Source: a bacterium
GTDB lineage: Bacteria > Zhuqueibacterota > Zhuqueibacteria > Zhuqueibacterales > Zhuqueibacteraceae
Reading direction: 5' to 3'
Length of the DNA stretch: 64,000 nucleotides
NCBI GenBank assembly: GCA_044869275.1
Contig: JBIOXB010000223.1
Span: 120,816 to 184,815, forward strand
The notes beneath the pieces were generated by a model that was not told the origin of the DNA, did not search any database, and saw only the letters and a program-made list of their open reading frames with translations. Of the stretch, positions 1-11,200 are shown in pieces. The translations under genes were made by a program, and so were the position numbers. Each line of letters begins with the position of its first letter. Position 1 is the first letter of the stretch.

Positions 1-256
1 GCAGCCAATTCTCAACGAGCCGTGTGGCCGAGAGGCCGTGACGGCGAGCAATGCCCCGTATCTGCCGGCTCATTTGTTTCCTAATCGAAATCGTTTCAAT
101 CCTGTTTTCATCGGATCCGCTCAAAAGGATTTCCAAATCTGGGGAGACGGCGAATTTCGTGGGCTTGTTGCGCAAGTCCGCGGTGGAGTGGTTATCCAAC
201 CATTCGCCGGCTTCTTTGTAGCTCGCAAAATCAGGTAAATCTCTACGCTTTGGCAT
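1..256 (-). CDS. CopG/BrnA-like antitoxin, 3' end runs off the window
   Basis: Manual translation (not in the ORF track): MPKRRDLPDFASYKEAGEWLDNHSTADL...MSRQIRGIARRHGLSATRLVENWL. It has a P-x-F-x-S-x-x-E-A-x-E-W-x-D-x-H-S N-terminus and an RHH-like C-terminus, and its start overlaps the toxin 3' end. Confidence 0.75.
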   Translation of the reverse strand, partial: MPKRRDLPDFASYKEAGEWLDNHSTADLRNKPTKFAVSPDLEILLSGSDENRIETISIRKQMSRQIRGIARRHGLSATRLVENWL

Positions 257-530
257 ATCGTCTTCTCTGCCGATGATCCATGTCGCGTGCACTTATCACC
301 AGCGCAACTTGATTGGGTTTATAGATGAAGAAAATGCTCAAGTATCGTCCCGCCTCGCTCCGGCCATAGGCTCCGAATAGATCTTCACCGGAAACACGCC
401 CTTTTTCTAATTTCCTGAAGGATGTTCTCCGAGATAGAAAAACCTCACGCAGCTCATTCTCTGTAATACGATGTTTGCGTCGAATCTTGTCTGCATATTC
501 ATATCAGATGATGACGCGCTTAATATGCAT
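243..530 (-). pseudogene. BrnT-family toxin with an in-frame TGA at codon 9
   Basis: Manual translation: MHIKRVII*YEYADKIRRKHRITENELREVF...GEDLFGAYGRSEAGRYLSIFFIYK...VISARDMDHRQRRRYAKA. BrnT-type KH, GRYL and SARDM motifs; GAGGGG RBS upstream; TGA at 504-506. Confidence 0.75.
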
Positions 531-693
531 TCCTGATCCCCTCAACTTGACGACGGAATCTAATGAACACCCTCTTGCAGAGCAATTAATTTCTTGGCAC
601 TTTCCTCTTTTCTGTTCACGCCTCCTTGCTTTTCTCCCTCACACCTTTTAGATTGTTTACTGTCTGAACTCTTTTTCCGTTCATCTCATCGGA

Positions 694-1974
694 GTGAAAA
701 TGACCAACTCAAAACACCTTTGGGGTTTGAGCATTATTTTAGCCGCATGCAATTTATCCTGCGGCAGCGCGAGGATTTCTGAAGAGGAGTTGAGCAAAAA
801 CGCCGCGGTGATTCACGAGCGCGTGCTCACACTCGACACGCACATCGACTGGCCCTCACGGCAATTCCGCACCCCGGGCTTCGTTCCCGGCGAGCGCCAC
901 GAGCCGAAAAAACGCCAAAGCGGACAATGGGATTTGGTGCGCATGAAAGAAGGCGGACTGGACGCCGTGTTCATGTCCATCTTCACCGCACAAGGCCCGC
1001 GCAATGAAGAAGGCCATCGCAAGGCCAAGGAGCATGCGCTCAAATTGATCCAGCTCACCCAGGAATTGATCGCGGATTATCCCGAACAAACCGGACTGGC
1101 GTTCACTGCTGACGAAGTCGAGCGCATTGTCCAAAATGGCAGCCGTGCCATTCTGCTGGGCATGGAAAACGGCTATCCGATGGGTGAAGACGTAAAAAAT
1201 GTGGAATTGTTTTTCAATCTCGGCGTGCGATACATCACCCTGACGCATTCGCGCAACAACGAATTGGGTGATTCCTCCACCGATCCGACACAGGAATGGG
1301 ACGGCCTCAGCCCGCTGGGCGAACAAGTGGTGCGCGAGATGAATCGCCTTGGCATCATGGTTGACATTTCGCACGTGCACGACGATACCTTTTGGGACGT
1401 GATGAAAATCGTGCAAGCGCCGGTGATCGCCTCGCATTCCAGTGCGTGGACCGTGAATGAACACGCGCGCAATATGAAAGATGACATGCTGAAGGAAGTG
1501 GCGAAGAACGGCGGCGTGGTGCAAGTTTGCCTGCTGGGCGAATTTATCAAGAAAATGCCGCAGAATCCCCAGCGCGAGGAAGCCATGAAACCGTTGCGAG
1601 AAATGCGCGACAGATGGCGCAAAGGTGAATTGACGGAGGAGGAAGAAGAAAAGATGTGGCAAGCGACCGCCGAGTTGAATGAAAAATTTCCACCGAATCG
1701 CCCGAGCTTAAAAGACGGCGTCGATCACCTCGACCACATGGTGAAGATTATGGGCGTGGACCACGTCGGCATCGGGTCGGATTTTGACGGCGGCGGCGGG
1801 TTGATCGATATTGACGATGTTTCCGAAATGCCGAACATGACGAAAGAATTGCTGCGGCGCGGCTATTCCGAGGATGATATTCGGAAGATTTGGGGTGGAA
1901 ATTTATTGCGCGTGATGCGCGGTGTGGAGGCAGCGGCCAGGAAACTGCAACAAAATGGCAGACGCTCGGAATGA
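694..1974 (+). CDS. Membrane dipeptidase (peptidase M19), probable lipoprotein
   Basis: DTHID, LGMENG, YITLTH, VDISH, ASHS and GIGSDFDGGG motifs; lipobox-like LAAC. The true start may be the ATG at 700. Confidence 0.92.
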   Translation: MKMTNSKHLWGLSIILAACNLSCGSARISEEELSKNAAVIHERVLTLDTHIDWPSRQFRTPGFVPGERHEPKKRQSGQWDLVRMKEGGLDAVFMSIFTAQGPRNEEGHRKAKEHALKLIQLTQELIADYPEQTGLAFTADEVERIVQNGSRAILLGMENGYPMGEDVKNVELFFNLGVRYITLTHSRNNELGDSSTDPTQEWDGLSPLGEQVVREMNRLGIMVDISHVHDDTFWDVMKIVQAPVIASHSSAWTVNEHARNMKDDMLKEVAKNGGVVQVCLLGEFIKKMPQNPQREEAMKPLREMRDRWRKGELTEEEEEKMWQATAELNEKFPPNRPSLKDGVDHLDHMVKIMGVDHVGIGSDFDGGGGLIDIDDVSEMPNMTKELLRRGYSEDDIRKIWGGNLLRVMRGVEAAARKLQQNGRRSE

Positions 1975-2107
1975 AATCAGCCCCGCTGGTGAAAGTCCTG
2001 GCCCTGGCGCGGGCCCTTCTGTTCGAATGAAGAGCGCACGCGCATAGGCCAGGAATTGGAGCCGCAAGAAAATATGCGTTGAAACTGATTTTCGCAGCGC
2101 TTTTGAC

Positions 2108-2704
2108 TCAGCGCTTCTGGCCGCCCAACAGCGTTCCGAGCAACCCGCCCAGCAATCCGCCTGCTCCCGCTTGCGAACCCTGACCGCCACCCATGCCGTG
2201 CGTGAGAAAACCCGCGACGTCATCCAATATATTGCCGTCACCGTTTTGATCGATCAAATTCGCAATCCCTGCCGAACCGGCGCCGCCGGTGTTGCGCGTG
2301 CGGCTCAACATGCCGAGCAGAATCGGCGCCAGCATGGGAATGATTTTGGTTGCGGTGTTCATATCCAAATTGAAATTCTTGGCCAGCATATTGGCGGCTT
2401 GCGTCCCCGCATCGCCGAGCAATCCGCCCAATTGGGGATCGGCGTTCTGGCTGCCCGCCATGTTTTGAAACAGCCCGCCAATGTCGTCGAGCACGCTATC
2501 GTCGCCGTATTTGTTCAAAATATGATCCACACGCGGCGCGCCGCCGCGTTGCTCCATTTGCCGTTTCAAGCCGCCGAGAATCAACGGCGCCACTTGCGGG
2601 AGAATTTGATCGGCCGTACCACGGTCAATGCCGAGGTGCGAAGAAAGCTGCTGCGCCACCTCCGGCGCCATGGATCCGACGAGTTGTTCGAAAAAGTCGT
2701 TCAC
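2108..2704 (-). CDS. DUF937 domain protein
   Basis: Typical pattern: PLILGGL..., LLG, LAPILLGML, and LIDQNGDGNILDDV followed by a Gly/Leu-rich tail. Confidence 0.8.
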   Translation of the reverse strand: MNDFFEQLVGSMAPEVAQQLSSHLGIDRGTADQILPQVAPLILGGLKRQMEQRGGAPRVDHILNKYGDDSVLDDIGGLFQNMAGSQNADPQLGGLLGDAGTQAANMLAKNFNLDMNTATKIIPMLAPILLGMLSRTRNTGGAGSAGIANLIDQNGDGNILDDVAGFLTHGMGGGQGSQAGAGGLLGGLLGTLLGGQKR

Positions 2705-2981
2705 GAAATCACCTGCTGAAGATTGGGTCCATCATGAAAAACCTGCCCGTTTGAAACGCCTCTCCAGCGAGACATTTTTCAGGAATATCAGGCGGGAGGA
2801 GCCTTGTCCGTCGTTGCGCGCCCGCGCAAGTGCAGAACGCCTCCGGTTTTGCGCCAGGTTCGCGCGGCGTGACATTTTCTCAATGGTATCAATTCTGGCA
2901 CGATAAAACAAGCGAAAACTCACCTTAAGAGGGCCGGTGGATGCGCACGCCCATGGCATGTGCAGAACTGTTTTGACGCGC

Positions 2982-4019
2982 TCAGAATCTGCTCAGGATG
3001 AATGCCGCCAGCGCAATGAAGGCACACAGCATAACTCCGAGCCACATCTGCTGCATTCTGGCGTGAACAGTTTCGTCCCTGGAGTCTAGCAGATTTTGCA
3101 GCTCCGAGTTTTGCAACGAGATTTCATTCACTTCCTCATGAATTTGTTGTTGAAACTTGCCGAGCGTATCGCCCATGGTTCTTTTGAGCGCATCGGTGAT
3201 TGCAGCAATGCGTAGCTCATTGCTGTCTTGCTCCGCTTGAACTTTTTCCTCCATTTCCCTCACTTGTCGCTGCATGGCTTTGGTCTCGTTCTCCACTGAG
3301 ACTTCCATCGCATTAACGGAAGAGTGAAAGGTGTCATAAGCGACGTGCATGCGGCGATAAACCTTGTTGATTTGCTCCATATGCTCAAAATGCTTGCTGC
3401 TAAACTTTTCGAAACGGTTATCCAGGTCGCTGGCGCGTGAATTGAAAGCCCGGTGCAGCTCGGCGATGGCATTGTTGAGTTTTTCGGCCAGGCTTTGCGC
3501 ATGCTCGATGCTCGCCTTTTTGTATCTGGCGGCGGAGGATTCCAGCGCCTCAATCTTGTCATGCACCTCCCCTGCAATAGACCGGTCGAGATCAGAACCC
3601 AGCGTTTCCATGGTTTGTAACTTTTCATGGAACTCACTGCGCAGCTGATTTACAATCAGATCGAGCTCACGAGGAGAATCCCGCAGTTGTGCACCGTCAT
3701 CATTCTGCCATCGCGCGAGAGCTTCAGACGCGGCTTGCAAGGCACGCTGAGAATCCTCTTGAAAGCTTCGCAGCGATTGCAACAGTTCCTGTTTTAAAGC
3801 ATGGCCATCGGCATCAAGCGTTAGCATGACAGACTTCAGATCATTCGACCATTGCTCCGCTTCATCGCGCTTCTGCTCGAGGCCGGCCATTGACGCCGAC
3901 ATCGCCGCCCGCAGCTCTTTGAGCTCGTTGGCGAGATCAGATAGACCCTGGCGTTCTTTTTCGAGTTTTTCCAAGCGCTCGCGTACCGCTTCGATTTCCA
4001 ATGGACTGGTATCCGTCAT
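2982..4019 (-). CDS. Coiled-coil protein with C-terminal membrane anchor, function unknown
   Basis: 345-aa E/Q/L/K-rich heptad sequence ending in a hydrophobic helix (WLGVMLCAFIALAAFIL). Confidence 0.75.
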   Translation of the reverse strand: MTDTSPLEIEAVRERLEKLEKERQGLSDLANELKELRAAMSASMAGLEQKRDEAEQWSNDLKSVMLTLDADGHALKQELLQSLRSFQEDSQRALQAASEALARWQNDDGAQLRDSPRELDLIVNQLRSEFHEKLQTMETLGSDLDRSIAGEVHDKIEALESSAARYKKASIEHAQSLAEKLNNAIAELHRAFNSRASDLDNRFEKFSSKHFEHMEQINKVYRRMHVAYDTFHSSVNAMEVSVENETKAMQRQVREMEEKVQAEQDSNELRIAAITDALKRTMGDTLGKFQQQIHEEVNEISLQNSELQNLLDSRDETVHARMQQMWLGVMLCAFIALAAFILSRF

Positions 4020-4343
4020 GTGTTGCCTCGCTACTTTGCAAGTGCATTCTGCACCGCTTGATCTTCAATGCATTGCTGGGTCGTTGCCCGGAATCGCTCA
4101 ATGCGGCGATTGGCCGCTAAGCAAAGCTTCTCGCCCAATTCCGGCGTTGTTGCTTCCGCTTCTCATTCGAATCATACGTGCGATGATCTCCAGAATCTCT
4201 TGCTGTACCAAAACCAAGCTTTGGGTTGGTCGAATCCTGGCGAGACGCTTCAGACTTCGAAGGCCGCTGGAGTCGCTTGGGGCTGCCCCATTGACACCTG
4301 GGACCGTCAGTCCATAACAAGTGAAATCTGTGCTTTTTGAGCA

Positions 4344-4431
4344 AAGAAACCCAAAATCCAAAGCTCAAAATTCAATACCACCTTTGGGCTTTGTATTTTG
4401 AGTTTTTCGTTTCCGGCTTGTCCGGGTTAGG
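4344..4431. repeat. Imperfect inverted repeat ending in TCCGGCTTGTCCGGGTTAGG, a probable non-autonomous element end
   Basis: aaacccaaaatccaaagctcaaaa pairs with tttgggctttgtattttgagttt. An AT-rich ORF fragment with no clear start follows (4432-4663). Confidence 0.45.
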
Positions 4432-4734
4432 CTTAGCTAAGCTTCTATACCAGCAATATCGTCAGTTTGCGAATACAGTTTTGTGGCAGGAATTTGGAAT
4501 TGAAGCATCAGAAGACGATATTATCGGCAGCTTAAATGATGCCACATTTATTCAGCAATGGGAAATCCCCGTTTCATCGCAACAACGGAGTGACAACCAA
4601 CTCCAAATTTTATGGCTGCATATGGAGCAATTTCACGGCGAACAAAATACACCTTGCTTTTAAGAGAAAATTGTGTGATTTTTGAGGGAGTTTAATTGTG
4701 CAGCAACCGCGGTCGTTGCACGCCGAAAGTTCAC

Positions 4735-5151
4735 ATGAATCCTTCTCGCAACAAAAATCTTGTCGTGGCGTTGCTGTTGATTACCAGTCTATTTCAAGGC
4801 TGGCCGTTGGTTGTCGCCACACAATGCAGCATGCTTACGGCCACGGCCCCAATCTGTGGAATGAAATCTGCTTGCTGCTGCGATGAACCCCAAAACCCGG
4901 GTGCGCCGGCCTATGCCAAATGCACCACCGCCAAGAGACTGGCCGGCATGCTGAGCACCGATCCCACGCTGTTGTCCACCAAGGAAAAAAATGAGAAATC
5001 TCTTCTGTCTTGCGTTTGTGACGGGGTGAGTTTCTCAAGGCTTCTCGCGGATGTCGCCTCACCCACTCACTTCTTATTGCACCCCCACCTGCCCGCCGGG
5101 CATCAAGACTTGCCTGCTGTTTTTCTTCTGGGTTGCGTTTTCCGTATTTGA
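4735..5151 (+). CDS. Hypothetical Cys-rich secreted or membrane protein at the head of the copper cluster
   Basis: Hydrophobic N-terminus, CGMKSACCC motif, C-terminal P...FLLGCVFRI of the kind seen in small genes ahead of metal-efflux operons. Confidence 0.55.
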   Translation: MNPSRNKNLVVALLLITSLFQGWPLVVATQCSMLTATAPICGMKSACCCDEPQNPGAPAYAKCTTAKRLAGMLSTDPTLLSTKEKNEKSLLSCVCDGVSFSRLLADVASPTHFLLHPHLPAGHQDLPAVFLLGCVFRI

Positions 5152-5355
5152 TCAAGCCTGCCTCGCGAAGTGACGGCAAATGGTGAAATAGCCCGTCGTC
5201 GCTTTCCGCTCTCTGATTCTCTTTCCATAAACAGAGTGTCCGCATCGTCGCCGTTCACGTCTCAGCAGGCGTGAGGGTGGTTCTGGTTTTGAGCGTATTT
5301 GTCAATGACTCTTGTGGCTGTATCAAGCATATGACGGCCTCCCGGGAGATGAGAT

Positions 5356-6603
5356 ATGCACAGATTCACATGGTATTTCATATTGCTATTTGCTCAGGCG
5401 ATATGGTCGCAACCGCACAACACGGCCGCGAAGCTTCAGGATCTTCTGCGCGAAGCGAGCGAGCGTAATCCGGAAATTCTTGCGGCACAGAAAGGATGGC
5501 AGGCGGCGCAATCCCGGATCAAACCGGCCGGCACTCTTGCCGATCCGCAAATAGCGTTTCAGGCGATGTACGCGCCCTATCCACTCGACAATGTTTTCAA
5601 CGGCGAACGCATCTTCACCTTCTCGCAGATGTTTGAATTTCCCGGCAAGCTCGGACTGATGTCCGGCATGGCGCGCAAGGAATCCGAGGCAGTGGGCGCG
5701 GATCTTGAAACCGTCCGCCTGCGCGTGCTAAAAGACGTGAAAGTAACCTACTTCATGCTTTACCGCGTGGATCGCGAGCTGGAGATCAATGCCGAGAACC
5801 GCACCTTAATGAAGCAATTCATCGAAATCGCCAGCGTCAAGTATGCCACCGGCATGGGTCTGCAGCCGGACATCATCAAGGCGCAGGTGGAATATTCGAT
5901 GCTGGTGAATGACAGCTTGATGCTGGGGCAGGAGCGCGGCTCGGCAGCGGCGATGCTCAACTCGTTGCTTAATCGCCCTCGTGAAACTTCGGTGCCGCCA
6001 ACGGTGGAATTTTTCGATCCGCGGCAGTTCACATTTTCGTTGGATTCTCTTGCGCAGAGAGCTTATGCGCAACGCCCTGAGCTGCGCAACATGCAGTCAA
6101 TGGTGGAGATGTATCAACTCTCCGCGCGGCTGGCGCGCAAAGAATATATTCCGAATTTCATGCTCAGTTTTTCACACCGCCAAATGCCGGACATGATGAA
6201 AAACTTCGATGCCATGATCTCGCTCAACCTGCCGATTTATTTCTGGCGCAAACAGACGCCACGCGTGCAAGAAGCCGAGGCCAATTACAGTATGGCAACA
6301 GCCAGCCTGCAAGCCATGCGTAACATGGTGCGCTTTGAAGTGGAGAGCGCCTTCTTGAAAGTTGAGCAAGCCGGCCGCAGCGTGCGAATTTTTCAAAATA
6401 CCATCGTGCCTCAGGCTGAACAATCCCTGCTCGCCAATCGCGCCGCGTATGAGACCAACAAGGTGGATTTTCTCATGCTGATCGATAGCCAGCGCACTTT
6501 GCGTGACATGAAGCTGGCTTACTATCAGGCTCTCGCCGAGTTCGGCACGCGGCTGGCCGAACTCGAGCGCGTGGTCGGCGTGGAGTTGGCAAAAATGGAT
6601 TGA
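5356..6603 (+). CDS. TolC-family outer-membrane factor (CusC/CzcC-like)
   Basis: Signal peptide, ERNPEI, QMFEFPGKL, LNLPIYF and AYETNKVDFLMLID OEP-type repeats; lies directly upstream of the adaptor and RND genes. Confidence 0.9.
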   Translation: MHRFTWYFILLFAQAIWSQPHNTAAKLQDLLREASERNPEILAAQKGWQAAQSRIKPAGTLADPQIAFQAMYAPYPLDNVFNGERIFTFSQMFEFPGKLGLMSGMARKESEAVGADLETVRLRVLKDVKVTYFMLYRVDRELEINAENRTLMKQFIEIASVKYATGMGLQPDIIKAQVEYSMLVNDSLMLGQERGSAAAMLNSLLNRPRETSVPPTVEFFDPRQFTFSLDSLAQRAYAQRPELRNMQSMVEMYQLSARLARKEYIPNFMLSFSHRQMPDMMKNFDAMISLNLPIYFWRKQTPRVQEAEANYSMATASLQAMRNMVRFEVESAFLKVEQAGRSVRIFQNTIVPQAEQSLLANRAAYETNKVDFLMLIDSQRTLRDMKLAYYQALAEFGTRLAELERVVGVELAKMD

Positions 6604-6751
6604 TGGAGTGCTGGAGTATTGGATTTCTCGATCATTGGATTGAAGGAGCTCTCACGCAGTAATTCAATGATCCATCTATCCAACAATCCGGCACTGGAAC
6701 GGCCAAATGAATTTATGAAATTGAAAGAGATCCATAGAGGAGCACAGCGTC

Positions 6752-8248
6752 ATGAAAAAGATTGTACTCGCCATCATTTTCAGCCTGACTTTGGGTTTGG
6801 GTGCCGGTTATTTCATCTTCCGACCGGCGACGGAAAGCGGCACGGCCTCGGAGCGCAGGATTCTCCACTACGTCGATCCGATGCATCCGCAATACAAGTC
6901 TGACAAGCCCGGCACAGCGCCTGACTGCGGCATGGACTTGGTGCCGGTGTATGCTGACGAGCAGACGTCTTCAGCAGACGGCGCGAATATTCCTGGCGCG
7001 GTGAAAATCAGCGCGGAGAAACAGCAGCTCATCGGGGTTCAAACCGGCTTGGCAGAGTATCGAGACGTCCAAAAGGTGATTCGTACCGTCGGAGAGATTA
7101 CCTACGCCGAACCCAAGCAAGCCTATGTCACCACCAAATTTGAGGGCTACATCGAAGAGCTTTTCGTCGATTACACCGGCAAGCTCGTCGAAAAAGGCCA
7201 ACCACTTTTCTCCGTGTACAGTCCGGAGCTGGTCTCGACGCAGGAAGAATATCTCCTGGGCATTAATGCCCAAAAGTCTCTGGAGAGAAGTTCGATAGGT
7301 GAGGTTGCTGCGGGAGCGAGTACACTGCTGGAATCGGCCAGGCGGCGGCTGCGTCTGTGGGATATCTCGGACAAGCAGATTGAGGAACTGGAACGCAGCG
7401 GCAAAATCACCAAGACTCTGATCATCTACTCGCCCATTCGCGGATATGTCGTCGAGAAGATGGCGGTGCAAGGATTAAAAGTAATGCCGGGAATGAACCT
7501 CTATCAAATCGCCGATCTCTCAACTGTCTGGGTGTTGGCGGATATCTACGAGTACGAAATTCCTTTTGTCAAAGTCGGCCAAGAAGCGACGGTCATGCTC
7601 TCCTATTATCCGGGAGAAGTCTTCAAAGGCCAGGTCACATACATTTTTCCTTATCTGACGCCAGAAACGCGTACTGTCAAAGTGCGTCTGGAATTGCCCA
7701 ATCCCGGCGGGAAACTCAAGCCGCAAATGTACGCGAATGTCGACCTGCAGAGCGGCTATGGCAAGCAGCTCACGGTGCCGGAGGAAGCGGTGCTGGATGC
7801 CGGTGAGGAGAAGGTCGTTTTTGTGGTCCGTGAAGGAGGTTACTTCGAGCCGCGACAGGTGGAGGTGGGCGCGAAAGCGCAGAACCATTTCATCGTTCTC
7901 AGCGGTCTGAAGGAAGGGGAGAAGATTGTGACCTCGGGCAACTTTCTGATTGATTCGGAAAGCCGCTTAAAGTCTGCTTTGAGCGGGATGGCGGGAATGG
8001 GTCATGGCGGCGGTGAGACTGCAGCCCCAAGCCAACCACAGCCGCAAGCTCAGAAAAGCGAACAACCGGATCATTCGCAGCATCAAATCCCAAAGCAAAA
8101 CGAATCGAGTGAACATTCCGGGCATGATACGGGGGAGGTTAAACAAGTGAACGGGAAGAAGTACACCTGTTCGATGCATCCCGAAGTGGTAATGGACGCT
8201 CCGGGAAATTGCCCGAAATGTGGGATGAGGCTGGTGGAGAAGCAGTGA
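6752..8248 (+). CDS. cusB: Heavy-metal efflux RND periplasmic adaptor, CusB-like, with two heavy-metal-binding domains
   Basis: N-terminal YVDPMHP...CGMDLVPVY, YSPELVSTQEEYL, FLIDSESRL, and C-terminal YTCSMHPEV...GNCPKCGMRL. Confidence 0.92.
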   Translation: MKKIVLAIIFSLTLGLGAGYFIFRPATESGTASERRILHYVDPMHPQYKSDKPGTAPDCGMDLVPVYADEQTSSADGANIPGAVKISAEKQQLIGVQTGLAEYRDVQKVIRTVGEITYAEPKQAYVTTKFEGYIEELFVDYTGKLVEKGQPLFSVYSPELVSTQEEYLLGINAQKSLERSSIGEVAAGASTLLESARRRLRLWDISDKQIEELERSGKITKTLIIYSPIRGYVVEKMAVQGLKVMPGMNLYQIADLSTVWVLADIYEYEIPFVKVGQEATVMLSYYPGEVFKGQVTYIFPYLTPETRTVKVRLELPNPGGKLKPQMYANVDLQSGYGKQLTVPEEAVLDAGEEKVVFVVREGGYFEPRQVEVGAKAQNHFIVLSGLKEGEKIVTSGNFLIDSESRLKSALSGMAGMGHGGGETAAPSQPQPQAQKSEQPDHSQHQIPKQNESSEHSGHDTGEVKQVNGKKYTCSMHPEVVMDAPGNCPKCGMRLVEKQ

Positions 8249-8275
8249 ATAGACCATTGAGCCAGAGCAAAAACC

Positions 8276-11200
8276 ATGATTAACAAAATAATCGAATATT
8301 GCGCGCATAATAAATTCCTGGTGTTTCTTTTCGTCGGCATGGCCGTGTTCGGCGGCATGTACGCGATGAACAACATCAGGCTCGATGCCATTCCCGATCT
8401 GTCGGACACACAGGTGATCATCTACTCGCGATGGGACCGCAGCCCGGACATCATGGAAGATCAGGTCACCTACCCCATCATCCGAGCTTTGCTGGGTGCG
8501 CCCCGCGTGAAGGACATTCGCGGCTTTTCCGACTTCGGTTTCTCCTACGTCTATATCATCTTTGAGGACGGGACAGACATATATTGGGCGCGGTCACGAA
8601 CCTTGGAGTACCTGAGCAGCATCCTGCCGAGGCTTCCTCAAGGGGTGCAGGTGGAATTGGCCAAGGACGCCACGGCGGTCGGCTGGGTGTTTCAATATGC
8701 CCTAGTGGATACGACCGGCAAACACAATCTGGCCCAACTGCGTTCGATCCAAGATTGGTTTTTGCGTTATGAAATTCAATCCATTCCCGGCGTGGCGGAA
8801 GTGGCGCCGGTCGGCGGATTTGTCCGCCAGTATCAAGTCAACCTCGATCCCAACGCCATTTTGGCATTCAAGATTCCGCTCGAAACGGTCGTTGAAGCGA
8901 TCCGCGAGAGCAACAACGATGTGGGTGGCCGGCTGGTGGAATTCACCGGTCGCGAATACATGGTGCGAGGCCGGGGTTACATCCGCTCCGTCGAAGATGT
9001 GGAGAACATCGTCGTCGCCAACAACATGGAAACCGGCACCCCCATTTTGGTGAAGCATCTGGGCCAGGTCGTGTTGGGGTCTGACATTCGGCGTGGGATT
9101 GCGGAGCTGGATGGTCAAGGCGAGACCGTAGGCGGGATTGTGATCATGCGGTTTGGGGAGAACGCCATGAAAGTGATCGAGCGCGTGCGTGCGAGGCTGG
9201 CCGAGATCGAACCGACATTGCCGGAAGGCGTCAAGATCGTCACGACCTATGATCGCGCGGATTTGATTGAGCGTTCGATTGAAACGCTGAAAGGCACGCT
9301 CATTGAAGAAATGATCATCGTGAGCTTGGTGATTCTCATTTTCCTCTGGCATATTCCGAGCGCTCTCATTCCAGTGATCACCATTCCCATCGCCATCATC
9401 ATTTCGTTCATCCCCATGTACGGGATGAACATCACGGCGAATATCATGTCGCTGGGCGGCATTGCCATTGCCATCGGCGCGATGGTCGACGCGGCGATTG
9501 TCGTGGTCGAACAGACGCATAAGCAGCTCGAACATTGGGACACAGAAGGGCGGCCGGGCAATTTCAAAGATGTCGTGATTGGCGCCGTCAAGGAAGTCGG
9601 TGGACCGAGCTTTTTTGCCTTGCTCGTGATTGCCGTCGCTTTTGTGCCGGTCTTCGCGCTGGAAGCCCAGGAGGGGCGAATGTTCAAGCCTTTGGCGTTC
9701 ACGAAAAACTTCGCGATGGTGATTGCCGCGGTGCTGGCCATTACGCTCGACCCGGCCATTCGACTGCTCTTCACGCACATGAAGGAATACAATTTCCGGC
9801 CGCGCTGGCTGTGCCGAATCACCAACGCCGTTCTCGTCGGGAAAATTCACAGCGAGGAGAAGCATCCCATCAGCCGCCCGCTGATGAGGATCTATGAGCC
9901 GGTCGTCAGGTTTGTGCTCCGGAGCCCCTGGCCCACTATTCTTGTCGCCGTGCTTATGGTATTGCTGACCGTTCCGGTCTTTTTCCGACTCGGCTCGGAG
10001 TTCATGCCGCCGCTCGATGAAGGCGTGTTGCTCTACATGCCGACGACCCTGCCCGGCATCTCCGTGACCGAGGCGCAAAAACTCTTGCAAGTGCAGGATA
10101 AAATTCTGAAATCATTTCCTGAAGTGGAGCGGGTTTTCGGCAAAGCGGGAAGAGCGGAAACCGCCACCGACCCGGCGCCATTTTCAATGATGGAGACGGT
10201 CGTTGTCCTCAAACCGCATGACGCGTGGCCAAAGAAACCGCGCTGGTATTCGAGCTGGGCGCCGGACTGGCTGCAAAGTATTTTCCGACGCGCCTGGCCC
10301 GATCACAAAAGCACGCAGGAGTTGATCTATGGCTCGGGCGGAATGAACGAGGCGTTGCTGCTTCCCGGCCAGGTCAACGCCTGGACCATGCCCATCAAAG
10401 CCCGCATCGATATGCTGACCACAGGGATTCGCACGCCGGTCGGGATCAAAATTCTCGGCCCGGACTTGCAGAAGATCCAAGAGCTCGGCCAGCACATTGA
10501 GGTGGCTCTGACAGATGTGCCCGGCACGACGAGTGTTTTTGCCGAACGCACCGCCGGCGGCTACTTCTTGGACTTCACGCTTAAGCGTGAGGAATTGGCC
10601 CGCTATGGCCTCACGATTGGACAGGCCCAGATGGTCATCATGTCCGCGGTGGGAGGCGAGAATATCACCACGACGGTGGAGGGACGGGAACGCTACGCGG
10701 TCAACGTGCGTTATATGCGCGACTATCGCAGCACAGTGGACCAGCTCGGCCGCGTCCTGGTTCCAACGATGAACAACGGGTCAACGGCCCTTGCGGGCGC
10801 GCACATTCCACTTGCCCAAATTGCCGACATCAAGCTGCTGTCGGGGCCCGGCATGATTCGCGATGAAAATGGCCGCTTGAGTGGATATGTTTACGTGGAC
10901 ATTGCGGGGCGCGACGTTGGCAGTTATGTGGAAGAGGCGAAAAAAGTGGTGCGCGAAAAGGTGCAGATGCCGGCGGGTTATACGATCATGTGGAGCGGCC
11001 AGTATGAAAACATGCAGCGCGTCGCCGAAAAACTGGCGGTCGTCGTGCCGATCACGATCTTCATCATCTTTCTGTTGCTTTACTTCAACACGCGTTCGGT
11101 GGCCAAAACGCTGATCGTGTTTTTGGCGGTGCCGTTTTCCGCCGTCGGCGCAATTTGGTTTCTCTATCTTTTGGATTATAACATGAGCATTGCGGTTTGG

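Noticed and set aside
86..98. CGAAATCGTTTCA resembling the LacI operator
   Set aside because: Incomplete palindrome inside the antitoxin CDS, far from the regulated locus.
504..506. TGA recoding (Trp or selenocysteine) in the toxin
   Set aside because: Many intact genes in the window terminate at TGA, and the position is not a Cys-type catalytic site.
8702..10090. Long antisense ORFs (also 44921-46402, 50574-52055, 60930-62081 and others)
   Set aside because: Shadow frames opposite well-supported GC-rich genes, with no recognisable motifs.
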